Shown here: positions 37,287-46,658 of the stretch, piece after piece | Layout: each line of letters opens with the position of its first letter | How positions within the stretch are numbered: position 1 is the first letter of the stretch | From: a virus | IMG/VR virus record: IMGVR_UViG_3300016643_000133 | Location: 31,728 to 95,727 of that record | Reading direction: 5' to 3' (one strand) | Length of the DNA: 64,000 nucleotides | Notes under the pieces: generated by a model | Seen by the model: the letters and a program-made list of their open reading frames with translations, nothing else | The model's database searches: none | Told to the model about the DNA's origin: nothing | Translations under genes and position numbers: made by a program

Positions 37287-37972
37287 TGGATTTGTGGAAT
37301 TACTTTACATCAAACACAGGTAGAAAAATTACAAAGTGGAAACATTATTTTCCAATTTATGAAAAACATTTTGGCCCGATTCGCAACAAACCAATTAAGA
37401 TACTAGAGATTGGTATTTTAAACGGCGGTTCATTAGAGATGTGGCGTTACTATTTTCCAGAAGCCACAATTGTTGGTATTGACATTAATCCAAACTGCAA
37501 GCAACACGAGCAAGAAGGTATCAATGTTCGTATTGGTGACCAAACAGATGAAAATTTCTTACAGAGTTTAATTGATGAATTTGGTACATTTGACTTGATT
37601 ATTGATGATGGTTCTCACCATGTTGCTCATGTCAATAAAACATTTCAATTTTTGTTTTCAAAATTAGCAGATGACGGAATCTATTTCATTGAAGATACCC
37701 ATGCAGCCTATTGGGATTCTCATGGCGGCAGCATTAATGCACCAGAATCTATTAACAATGTATCCAAAGGAATGATTGACAGTATTAATGCAGACCATGC
37801 CAGAGGCCAAAAAGAACCTGACTATTTTACACGCAATATTAAGTGTATGTCTGTTTATGATTCCATCATTGTTTTTGACAAAGGAAATGTTGGCGAAAAG
37901 GTGCCTATGGAGATAGGCAATGATGTGGCACCTCCGCCAGATGACAGGATTTTGACAATTAGAACACATTAA
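37286..37972 (+). CDS. class I SAM-dependent (sugar O-)methyltransferase
   Basis: ILEIGILNGGS, GIDIN, GDQ, IIDDGSH, YFIED. Confidence 0.85.
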   Translation: MDLWNYFTSNTGRKITKWKHYFPIYEKHFGPIRNKPIKILEIGILNGGSLEMWRYYFPEATIVGIDINPNCKQHEQEGINVRIGDQTDENFLQSLIDEFGTFDLIIDDGSHHVAHVNKTFQFLFSKLADDGIYFIEDTHAAYWDSHGGSINAPESINNVSKGMIDSINADHARGQKEPDYFTRNIKCMSVYDSIIVFDKGNVGEKVPMEIGNDVAPPPDDRILTIRTH

Positions 37973-37975
37973 TCG

Positions 37976-37983
37976 TATAAATA
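37976..37983 (+). promoter_or_regulatory. T4 late promoter
   Basis: TATAAATA; other copies at 46644, 53715, 61338, variants at 16073, 28351, 44410. Confidence 0.8.
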
Positions 37984-38018
37984 CCGTATCAATATAACGC
38001 TGTAGAGGCGGGAGAGAT

Positions 38019-40562
38019 ATGAGATTTAGCGATTTTCTGCAAGAGCAGAAAGAAAAACACGCAGTAATGGCCTTTGGTAGGTTAAACCCACCAACAATTG
38101 GCCATGAAAAGTTAGTCAACAAAGTTAAAGAAATTGCCAATAAAGTTGGTGGTTCTGCACACATAGTTGTTTCTCATTCGCAAGACCCACAAAAGAACCC
38201 TCTCACTCCCGCTCAAAAACTCAAACACGCCAAGCGTGCTTTTCCTGGTGTCAATGTAACTGCATCAGATTCTTCTGCACCAAATTTTCTAGCCCAAGCC
38301 GCCAAATTACACAAGCAAGGTGTAACTCATTTTCACATGGTTGGTGGTTCTGACCGGGCTGAAGAATATCATAAACTTTTACACAAATACAATGGCGTAA
38401 AAGGCCCACACGGTTCATTTAATTTCAAAAAGATAGAAGTTCATTCTGCTGGTGAGCGTGACCCTGATGCTGAAGGCGTAGAAGGTATGTCAGCATCCAA
38501 AATGAGAGAACACGCATCAAAAGGCAACTTTAAAGAGTTTCGTAAAGGTGTGCCATCGGCTATGACTGATGCTCATGCTAAAGAATTATTTGGTCATGTT
38601 CGTAAAGGCATGGGCATCAACGAAGATATCAATGAAGATTTTGAAGAACTGCTTGTTGAAGGAGTTCACGATAAGGCCATTTTCAAAGCAGTATTTTTAG
38701 CTGGCGGTCCTGGTTCTGGTAAAGATTATGTGCTTGATAACACACTTGCAGGCCATGGACTTACTGAAATTAATTCAGACAAAGCTTTAGAATTTTTAAT
38801 GGACAAAGAAGGCCTTGACAAAACAATGCCTGAGTCCGAAAAAGAAACAAGAGATGCTGTTCGTGGCAGAGCCAAGAATATGACCGAGTTGCGTCAACGA
38901 TTAGCACTTACAGGTCGTAATGGTCTTATCATCAATGGTACAGGTGATGATTACGAAAAAATTAAACGAATCAAAGAGCGTTTAGAAGAAATTGGTTATG
39001 ATACTTCTATGATTATGGTCAATACAAAAGACGAAGTATCATCACAAAGAAATGTTGAAAGAGGTCAAAGAGGCGGCAGAACTGTACCTGAAGATGTTCG
39101 CCGTCAAAAATGGGAAGCGGTACAAAATGCAAGACCAGAATTAGCAAAGATGTTTGGTGACCGATATGCTGAATTTGATAATTCAGAAGATTTAAGAACA
39201 GCAACACCTGATGTAGTCAAAGCTAAAAAAGATGAAATGTTAAACCTTTATAAAGGTGTTCAACAATTTGTAGCAGAACCACCAAAATCAGAAGCAGCTT
39301 CATTATGGGTTGCACACGAATTAGATTTATCCGATAAATTACCAGTACCAAAAGAAGGTGCAGAACAAGCGCCACATCCTAGTTCTGCAGCCGGTGAAGA
39401 AGCTCGTAAAATGGGATTACAATATTATGGTTTTGGCCGTTATGGTCGTAATGGTAAAGTCACACATCGCTCAATACACGATAAATTGGTTGAAGTTCAA
39501 AGAGAAGAACCTCAGCAACCAAAAGTTCCTGTATCAGGTTCATCTGGCACACCAAAGAAAAATGTTAATGAAGAATTTGAAGAAGTGTTTGCAGAAGATT
39601 TACGCCAATGGTTTGACCCTAATCATCCAAAAGGTGGTTGGAAAAGAATCAATAGCAAAGGCGAAGCAATTGGTCCATGCGCTCGTAAACCAGGCGAAGC
39701 AAAACCAAAATGTATGTCAAATGAAAAGCGGGCCAAGTTAAGTAAAAAAGAGCGTGCAGCGGCCGTTTCTGCTAAACGCCGACATGACCCAAATCCAGAG
39801 CGTAAAGGTGCACCAATTAATGTTTCAAATTTTGGCAAAGGCAAATTGTCAGAATCATATTCTTTATCAGATTCGTCATCACTTAACCTTTTACTATTAG
39901 GTAACCGTGTTGACGAAGTAGATTATGATAATGTCCATGAAGAAAAGAAAGAAATTAAATTACTTAAAGATAAAAATGGTAAAGTAAGAACATTTATGCT
40001 TCGTAGAGCTGCAGCTAAAGAAGCACACACGATTAACGGTACAGTCATGCCGTATAAGAATGGCTATGTCATTAAATTAAATGAGGAGAATGAAGATGTT
40101 AAACCTAATCAAAAGCCTTTTTGGCAAATCAGAGAAGCCAACAGAGAGCCATCCTTTGGACGGCCCAATCCGAGTGGCACAGGAGAAGTCGGACAACTTC
40201 GCAAAGAATATGCAGAGCTCACCAGCGCCAACGAATACGCCAAAGGTGACGGCATCCAACTCCAAGCCGGCAGTCAAGCAGAGAAACCCACAAAAATCAC
40301 ACTCGCAAAAATCCGCACCAAGCAAAAAGAAAAAGTAAAAGAATCAATTGATAAAGGCATTGAACCTGGTTTATCAATGTCTGCATCAGGCGAAAATCTT
40401 CTGCGAAAAGGATTAAAAACTAAGCAAAATGTAAAACCTTTTGAAGAAGCTATTGGTGCTGGCGGTGAAGATGCTACATCAATGAGTGATTTTAATGATA
40501 ATGTATTGAAACAAAAAGGTATCAACATTAAAACATTTAAAGCAAAAAGGCCAATAGGATGA
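38019..40562 (+). CDS. modular protein: cytidyltransferase-like (HxGH) domain, P-loop kinase (zeta-toxin-like) domain, small basic modules
   Basis: MRFSDFLQE; FGRLNPPTIGH, VGGSDR, MSASKMR; LAGGPGSGKD, INSD, INGTG; modules after NEE/AED junctions. Confidence 0.8.
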   Translation: MRFSDFLQEQKEKHAVMAFGRLNPPTIGHEKLVNKVKEIANKVGGSAHIVVSHSQDPQKNPLTPAQKLKHAKRAFPGVNVTASDSSAPNFLAQAAKLHKQGVTHFHMVGGSDRAEEYHKLLHKYNGVKGPHGSFNFKKIEVHSAGERDPDAEGVEGMSASKMREHASKGNFKEFRKGVPSAMTDAHAKELFGHVRKGMGINEDINEDFEELLVEGVHDKAIFKAVFLAGGPGSGKDYVLDNTLAGHGLTEINSDKALEFLMDKEGLDKTMPESEKETRDAVRGRAKNMTELRQRLALTGRNGLIINGTGDDYEKIKRIKERLEEIGYDTSMIMVNTKDEVSSQRNVERGQRGGRTVPEDVRRQKWEAVQNARPELAKMFGDRYAEFDNSEDLRTATPDVVKAKKDEMLNLYKGVQQFVAEPPKSEAASLWVAHELDLSDKLPVPKEGAEQAPHPSSAAGEEARKMGLQYYGFGRYGRNGKVTHRSIHDKLVEVQREEPQQPKVPVSGSSGTPKKNVNEEFEEVFAEDLRQWFDPNHPKGGWKRINSKGEAIGPCARKPGEAKPKCMSNEKRAKLSKKERAAAVSAKRRHDPNPERKGAPINVSNFGKGKLSESYSLSDSSSLNLLLLGNRVDEVDYDNVHEEKKEIKLLKDKNGKVRTFMLRRAAAKEAHTINGTVMPYKNGYVIKLNEENEDVKPNQKPFWQIREANREPSFGRPNPSGTGEVGQLRKEYAELTSANEYAKGDGIQLQAGSQAEKPTKITLAKIRTKQKEKVKESIDKGIEPGLSMSASGENLLRKGLKTKQNVKPFEEAIGAGGEDATSMSDFNDNVLKQKGINIKTFKAKRPIG
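40096..40338 (+). CDS. putative overprinted small protein in alternative frame
   Basis: GAGGAG RBS 7 nt before ATG; MLNLIKSLFGK amphipathic start, K/P/S-rich tail. Confidence 0.4.
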   Translation: MLNLIKSLFGKSEKPTESHPLDGPIRVAQEKSDNFAKNMQSSPAPTNTPKVTASNSKPAVKQRNPQKSHSQKSAPSKKKK

Positions 40563-41326
40563 AAAAGTTTAAGTCATTCATTGTAAAAGAAGAACAAGTA
40601 GAAGAAGCTTCTAAGAAAGAAGAAGGTAAATTCCATTCTGCGTTAGATAAACTTGTTCACAAAACTTTTGGCAAATCAAAAGCCGAAATGAAAAAAGAAG
40701 AAGTTGAGCAAATTGAAGAAATGGATAAATCTCAACCTTCTTCAAGCCGTGGTGCAGAAGGTGTGCCAACAGGCAAAAAAGCAAAGCCCTCTAAAACCGA
40801 TAAAGTTAAAACTGATGCTTTAAAGGTGTTACAAAAACAATATAAAAAAGTAAAAGAAGAAGTTGAACTGGATGAAGTATCTAAAAATGTTATCAAAAAA
40901 GCAATGTATTTAGCACACGATAAATCTTTAGAAGCACAAAAATCTGGTGACTATAATTTATCAAAAAACAAACTTAATCAGGCAGAACGACTTCAAAAGA
41001 AACACAATGAAAAAAATAAATCTATGAAAGAAGAAACAGAACAGATTGACGAAGTTGCTGCTTGGCAACGCAAAGAAGGCAAATCTGAATCTGGTGGATT
41101 GAATCGCAAAGGTATTGAATCGTATCGCCGTGAAAATCCAGGTTCAAAACTTTCAATGGCCGTTACAACAAAGCCATCAAAGTTAAAGCCAGGTTCAAAG
41201 GCAGCCAATCGCCGTAAATCATTTTGTGCTCGCATGGGTGGAATGAAGAAGCGTTTAACTTCTGCTAAGACAGCAAATGATCCAGATAGCCGTATCAATA
41301 AAGCATTAAGAAAGTGGAATTGTTAA
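40559..41326 (+). CDS. modular head-internal-like protein, C-terminal DUF6321-like module
   Basis: MKKFKSFIVKEE; four EExxxxDE/EE linkers; AAWQRKEGK...RRKSFCARM...ALRKWNC. Confidence 0.7.
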   Translation: MKKFKSFIVKEEQVEEASKKEEGKFHSALDKLVHKTFGKSKAEMKKEEVEQIEEMDKSQPSSSRGAEGVPTGKKAKPSKTDKVKTDALKVLQKQYKKVKEEVELDEVSKNVIKKAMYLAHDKSLEAQKSGDYNLSKNKLNQAERLQKKHNEKNKSMKEETEQIDEVAAWQRKEGKSESGGLNRKGIESYRRENPGSKLSMAVTTKPSKLKPGSKAANRRKSFCARMGGMKKRLTSAKTANDPDSRINKALRKWNC

Positions 41327-42067
41327 GTGTCTCAAACAAATAAAATTGCTTACCTAGAAGATGAGCGAATAAAAATTGCTCGTGGCCAAGTTAAAGGAAC
41401 TATTCCTGTTCATAAATTTGGTGCGGTTCCTTCTATGGCAACGAACACAACAGGCACGGTATGGGATAAAAATGATACGATTTATCCATGGTCTGTTTGG
41501 AACGCAGGTGCAAATACAATTACAGTAAGCAGTTCAAGTGCATCAGATGTAAACACAAGTGTTATCGTAGTTGGTTTAGATTCTAACTACGACATATTAG
41601 AAGAAGAAATTGAATTGGTTACACAAACAAATAATGCCAGTTCAAATAATTTTATTCGTGTCTATCGTGCATACATGGGCAACGGTGACACAAATGTTGG
41701 AACAATATCAATCAAAAACGGTTCTACTGATGTTGCATTGATTACCGCAGGTTTTGGTCAAACACTTATGGCAATTTATACAATACCAAGATATTATTCT
41801 GGTTATTTGTATCAGGGAACCTGTTCTGCTCAGGCAGGTGCAGATGCAACAGGAAATATGTTCGTAAGATATGGCGGAACAACAGCGTTTAGAGTAGGTC
41901 ATAGTTTTGAAGTTTCTGGTGCTGGCGGACAATACACTTATCCATTTTCTTTTCCACCAGAACTAACAGAAAAATCTGACATTGATGTAAGAATAACAAC
42001 AAGAAGTAACAATGGTCGTTATACAGCGGCATTTGATTTACTTCTCGTAAGAAATCCAAATACTTAA
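41327..42067 (+). CDS. putative virion structural protein
   Basis: beta-rich S/T/G/N composition; VHKFG, FIRVYRA, GQTLMAIYTIP, EKSDIDVR. Confidence 0.6.
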   Translation: MSQTNKIAYLEDERIKIARGQVKGTIPVHKFGAVPSMATNTTGTVWDKNDTIYPWSVWNAGANTITVSSSSASDVNTSVIVVGLDSNYDILEEEIELVTQTNNASSNNFIRVYRAYMGNGDTNVGTISIKNGSTDVALITAGFGQTLMAIYTIPRYYSGYLYQGTCSAQAGADATGNMFVRYGGTTAFRVGHSFEVSGAGGQYTYPFSFPPELTEKSDIDVRITTRSNNGRYTAAFDLLLVRNPNT

Positions 42068-42086
42068 ACTCATTAGGAGAACTACA

Positions 42087-42923
42087 ATGAACCTCAAAAA
42101 AGAACTATCTGGTGTTGCTGAAATTGCTGCTCAAATTATGGGCGAGCAATTGAAAGGACAACAACACAAGATTGATGCTAACAAAAACAACAAAATTGAT
42201 GCACACGATTTTAAGATTCTTCGTGCTCAAAAAGACAAAGAGAAAGCAAACTCTTTGAAGTATGGCAAACAAGTAAAAGAAGAACAAGAGCAGATTGATG
42301 AAATGGGTTATTCTGCTACTGCTGCTCGTGCAGGTAAAGACATTGGCAAACCAGGCAAAATGTTTAGTAAGATTGCTGCCTCTGCTGCTAAGAAATATGG
42401 TTCAGAAGAGCGTGGTAAGAAAGTTGCTGGTGCTGTTCTTGCCAAACTCCGTATGAAAGAAGATGTTGAACATGACATTACAGATGAAGAAGTAGAAGAA
42501 ATTCTTACTGCTTATGAAGAAACACCAAAAACATTCTCTGAAATGATGGCAGCTTACAAAGAAGATGGTTTGGCATTTTTTGCTGAAGAGCCAACACAAG
42601 ATGAGTATGAGAAAGAAATCAAAAAAGCTCAGGCTAAATCAGAAGGCAAAGAAAAAGCTGATGTTGCTGCGGCCGCTGTTCAAGCAGTAAAGAATGAAGA
42701 AACTCATACTAAAATTCAAGTGATTGATATGACTGACCCAAACAACATTCAAAAGAGTGAAATTGATTTGGAAGAGCGCACACTCACAGAACCAGAGGCA
42801 AAGAAAAAAGAAGAAATTGTTAAGTCAATGAAAAAGAAAATGCCTGGTTTCAAAGAGCGTTATGGTGAGCGTGCTAAGTCAGTAATGTATGCAACCGCTA
42901 CAAAACTTGCCAAGAAAGATTGA
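42087..42923 (+). CDS. modular head-internal-like protein
   Basis: LKGQQHKIDANKNNKIDAHDFKILR, EEQEQIDE linker, C-terminal RYGERAKSVMYATATKLAK. Confidence 0.7.
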   Translation: MNLKKELSGVAEIAAQIMGEQLKGQQHKIDANKNNKIDAHDFKILRAQKDKEKANSLKYGKQVKEEQEQIDEMGYSATAARAGKDIGKPGKMFSKIAASAAKKYGSEERGKKVAGAVLAKLRMKEDVEHDITDEEVEEILTAYEETPKTFSEMMAAYKEDGLAFFAEEPTQDEYEKEIKKAQAKSEGKEKADVAAAAVQAVKNEETHTKIQVIDMTDPNNIQKSEIDLEERTLTEPEAKKKEEIVKSMKKKMPGFKERYGERAKSVMYATATKLAKKD

Positions 42924-42924
42924 A

Positions 42925-44394
42925 ATGAAAAAGTTGTCTGAAATTTTTAGCTTGCGTGAACGGTGTTGGCCTGGTTACAAACCAACACCAGGCAAAAAAG
43001 CTTATGATAAGGGTTCTTGTGTGAAAGAAGCAAGTGCTGCGGCTATTGCTGCAGCTACCGCCATTTCTAAAAAGAAATCTGGTAACTATGACAAAAAAGG
43101 TTTCAGAAAAACACCATATAAAAACCCTGACCATCCAAATGTTAAAAGTAATGAACAACGCAGAAAAGAAATAAATGAAGATTTTTCTGGTGATAACCCT
43201 CAGCAAGTTGCTGGTTCTGCTCAATCAACATTAACAGATAAACCAAACAGAGAACCTATGAAAACTTATAAACAAAAAAACATTACGGAGTTATCTACTG
43301 AACTCCTACATCGTTACAAAGAAAAAGCTTCGGCTGATTCTACAAAAGCTGATAAAGAAGGTGATATTGCAAGAGGCAACAAAAGGTTTTCTGGTGTTGT
43401 CAAAGCAACCAACAAACAATTTGCTAACTTTAAGAAAAAAGGTTTCAAAGAAGAAACAGAGCAAATTGATGAGATTTCTTCTGATTTAGTTGCCAAAGCT
43501 AGAGATGTTGCTTTTGCCAAAGGTAAAGAAAAACAAGCTTTTCGTTTTGTAAGAAAACACTATGAAAAGCAGAAAAAAGAATCTGATGCTTTTGGTAAAA
43601 AAATGGCAGAAGAAGTTGAACAGATTGATGAGAAAAATGTTCCTACTTCACCAGAAAAATGGGCTCAGGCTAAAGCTCAAGCAAAAGCCAAGTTTGATGT
43701 TTATCCATCTGCATATGCAAATGGTTGGGCAGCCAAAAAATACAAAGCAATGGGTGGTGGTTGGAAGTCCGTTTCAGAGGCAGTAAAAGACAAGTTTGAC
43801 ATTGGTGAATATGACCAAGAAGGTGATATGGCTAAATCTGATTTGCGTTCTATCATGGCCAATGCACAGAAACTACACGATATGATTAAAGACGCTGACA
43901 ATTTACCAGAATGGTGTCAGAACAAAATTACTTTAGCAGAAGATTATATCTCAACTGTTGCTAATTATTTGACCGCTGAAATGAATGAAGAATGGTCAAA
44001 GACAGGTAAAGAAGCTACTCACCGTGAAACTGGTGAAAAGACCTACGAATATCAGGAAGTAGATAAAGAAGGCAAATCAACAGGTAAGCGTGAGTATCGT
44101 AACGCACAAGGTAAACCAATGGGAGAAGCAACTGAACAACTTCCATTTGAACCAGATAAAAAACCAAAGAAACCTTCTGTTATTGCTGGCAAATATGGTG
44201 CAGGTTATTCTACTGCACGCCACCTTGCTCGTATGGCCATGCAAAAACAAGCTGAAAAAATGAAGAAGCCTATCAAAGAAGAAGAATCTAAGAAGGCTAA
44301 AATTGTAAAAGATATTATGAAGAAGAAAAAGACGGCTTCTGAAGATGCCTTTCAGAAAGACCCTGAGTTATCATCTACATTGACAAAAATATGA
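42925..44394 (+). CDS. modular head-internal-like polyprotein
   Basis: CWPGY..C module, YPSAYANGW module, EYDQEGDMAK...LPEWCQNKIT module, EExEQIDE linkers. Confidence 0.7.
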   Translation: MKKLSEIFSLRERCWPGYKPTPGKKAYDKGSCVKEASAAAIAAATAISKKKSGNYDKKGFRKTPYKNPDHPNVKSNEQRRKEINEDFSGDNPQQVAGSAQSTLTDKPNREPMKTYKQKNITELSTELLHRYKEKASADSTKADKEGDIARGNKRFSGVVKATNKQFANFKKKGFKEETEQIDEISSDLVAKARDVAFAKGKEKQAFRFVRKHYEKQKKESDAFGKKMAEEVEQIDEKNVPTSPEKWAQAKAQAKAKFDVYPSAYANGWAAKKYKAMGGGWKSVSEAVKDKFDIGEYDQEGDMAKSDLRSIMANAQKLHDMIKDADNLPEWCQNKITLAEDYISTVANYLTAEMNEEWSKTGKEATHRETGEKTYEYQEVDKEGKSTGKREYRNAQGKPMGEATEQLPFEPDKKPKKPSVIAGKYGAGYSTARHLARMAMQKQAEKMKKPIKEEESKKAKIVKDIMKKKKTASEDAFQKDPELSSTLTKI

Positions 44395-44449
44395 TACCGA
44401 GTGTAGGCATAAATATACTATAAAATTTTAATTCTTAGGAGAGAAAATA

Positions 44450-44806
44450 ATGTCACTATGGGGAAATTTAGATGCCGCCAACAATGCGCCAAAATTTGGT
44501 CCTACCGGCGGTTTAGGTTTAACAGCCAACACCCAACAACTTTTTGGTAATACAACTGTTGCGACTATCAGCACCTCTTTAGGTGTTGCTGGCATGGCAA
44601 TTGGTGTTTTTGGTGTTGATGCCAATGAAAAATCAAATACTGGTGCAGGCGCAGCAAATACTGCTGGTGCTCATGCTGGTTGGGTTTTGCGTAAAGTAGG
44701 AACTGGAGGTCGTGCTGGCCGTATTCATGTAGAAACACTCGTTGCTATGGGCTCTGTCTATGGCGATGCAGCTGATGATGTAACATATCCTGACGCAAAC
44801 ACATAA
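44450..44806 (+). CDS. putative virion structural protein
   Basis: CATAAATA and AGGAG upstream; MSLWG, HAGWV, GGRAGRIHVETLVAM. Confidence 0.65.
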   Translation: MSLWGNLDAANNAPKFGPTGGLGLTANTQQLFGNTTVATISTSLGVAGMAIGVFGVDANEKSNTGAGAANTAGAHAGWVLRKVGTGGRAGRIHVETLVAMGSVYGDAADDVTYPDANT

Positions 44807-45234
44807 TGCGGTTTAAACAGTTTGTTGAAGAATTGACCGGTATTCAATCTGGTCAAGCAGCCGATGCACATGAGCCAACGGGTGAAGGGTCGTCAGCAAT
44901 TACGAACCCTAAAATTCGTATGGAAATGAATTATCGGTTAACAAATGAGTTATATGAACCTTTTCTCTCTCCAGAAGGTGGTATTCAGGCAATTCGTAAA
45001 GTGCTGCATAGGTATGGTTTTGATATGCCAGCACTTTACGATGCTAACCCCGAAGGAGATGAAATTGTTTTTGATATAGAACAATTTGGTCAAGAAAATT
45101 TATCAACAAATATTTACATTTTATATTATCTCACCGATGAAGGTCATTATGTGTTTTTTGCTGAAGTAGGCGATGATGCGAGAATGGATGAACTTTTGGC
45201 TGACGGTGGGGAGGACAACGAAGAAATAGAATAA
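44806..45234 (+). CDS. acidic hypothetical protein with capsid-targeting-like N-terminus
   Basis: MRFKQFVEE. Confidence 0.6.
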   Translation: MRFKQFVEELTGIQSGQAADAHEPTGEGSSAITNPKIRMEMNYRLTNELYEPFLSPEGGIQAIRKVLHRYGFDMPALYDANPEGDEIVFDIEQFGQENLSTNIYILYYLTDEGHYVFFAEVGDDARMDELLADGGEDNEEIE

Positions 45235-45626
45235 TGTCTTTTGATAATTTGACCAATGAAAATGTGATGGTTTATTCCATTAAAGCATACGATAAACCAA
45301 ACTGTATAATGAGTGAGTTTAAAGAAGATATGAAGCGCTTCAATTACCTCAAACGGTTATTTAAGCGTTATCGCAAATTAGGCGAACTTCGTGAGCAATT
45401 AGTGTTAAATCATTTGGTCGTATTAAACAATGTTTTTGGACCAGAAGTTGCAACAAGGTTATTGTTTTTTAAAATGTCAAAAGAAGATTATTCAGCTCTC
45501 AAAACATATCTTTTGTTTTTGAGTTGTATGCCAGAAAGAGTGCGAGGTATTAAAGGTCAAGATATTATTTCTTCAGAAATTTCAGTAGACATGACCGTAG
45601 CACAATCACTTAGAAATCTAAAATGA
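45234..45626 (+). CDS. conserved T4-like hypothetical protein
   Basis: YDKPNC...EFKEDMKRFNYLKRL...LNHLVVLNNVFG. Confidence 0.7.
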   Translation: MSFDNLTNENVMVYSIKAYDKPNCIMSEFKEDMKRFNYLKRLFKRYRKLGELREQLVLNHLVVLNNVFGPEVATRLLFFKMSKEDYSALKTYLLFLSCMPERVRGIKGQDIISSEISVDMTVAQSLRNLK

Positions 45627-46648
45627 TAATTGGACCAGGTATTACCATTGGCTCTGGCACACTCATTACTCCAGACCCTACCAGTGCTTTGTATGCTTTC
45701 ACAACAATCACATTCACAAATGCAGATGCTATAGGTAATAACGGTCCATACCTTGCAAATTGCTTAACCTCTTATGATACAGCAAATAACGCATGGCTAA
45801 ATGATACTGCATATTTTAATGTATCAACTAGAGGCATACAATTATGGACAGTTCCAGAAACAGGCAATTATAGAATTACTGTTGCGGGAGCGTCTGGCGG
45901 CAATAATAATGTTGCAAGTCCAAGAATTATTGGTGGTTTTGGTGCTCTCATTACAAATGAAGTCACTCTAACACAAGGCGATGTATTAGCAATTGTTGTT
46001 GGCCAAAAAGGTACAGATAGAACGACAACAACAGGAACAAACTATAATGCTGGTTCGGGCGGTGGTGGAACTTTTGTTTATAGAACCAGCGACAACCTTT
46101 ATTATGCTGTTGCTGGCGGTGGTGGCGGTGCAGCTTCGGTTGCAACAGGTTTACTTACAACACAAAATACTGCCAATGGTAATGTAACAACATCAAATGG
46201 TTCAACAGTATTAATACAAAATGGTTCAAGAGCAAACGGTGGTATTGGTGGATTAGGCGGCAACACAAGCACTAGAGGTGTGCTTATGGCTGGTGCTGGT
46301 GCCGGCATATTATCTGATGGTCAAGAAACAAAGGGTGTTGGAAGTAACGGAAGAAGCCGTGCAAATAATTGGATTGGTGGTTACATAACAAGAAATAGTA
46401 ATTACACTCTTCCTGGAGGTTTTGGTGGCGGCGGGGCTTCTGGTGATTCTTCTAACAATGCCTCTTATGTAAATTATAGTTGGGCCGGCGGTGGCGGTGG
46501 TTATTCTGGTGGTGGTGGCGGTGGTAATGGTGGCGCTGGTGATGGTCAGTATGGTGGCGGTGGCGGCAGCTACTGGATTGGAACAACTATCAGCTCACAG
46601 ACAGGTGGCAACAGGTCAAATGGATATGTTACCATCACTAAGGTATAA
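45623..46648 (+). CDS. glycine-rich putative virion/fibre protein
   Basis: GIQLWTVP.TG.YRI.VAGA.GG and long GGG tracts. Confidence 0.7.
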   Translation: MIIGPGITIGSGTLITPDPTSALYAFTTITFTNADAIGNNGPYLANCLTSYDTANNAWLNDTAYFNVSTRGIQLWTVPETGNYRITVAGASGGNNNVASPRIIGGFGALITNEVTLTQGDVLAIVVGQKGTDRTTTTGTNYNAGSGGGGTFVYRTSDNLYYAVAGGGGGAASVATGLLTTQNTANGNVTTSNGSTVLIQNGSRANGGIGGLGGNTSTRGVLMAGAGAGILSDGQETKGVGSNGRSRANNWIGGYITRNSNYTLPGGFGGGGASGDSSNNASYVNYSWAGGGGGYSGGGGGGNGGAGDGQYGGGGGSYWIGTTISSQTGGNRSNGYVTITKV

Positions 46649-46658
46649 ATAATCTCCT

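Noticed and set aside
40697-43632. CRISPR array interpretation of the GAAGAA...ATTGA repeats
   Set aside because: Repeats are degenerate, in-frame coding and irregularly spaced by hundreds of bases; no cas genes
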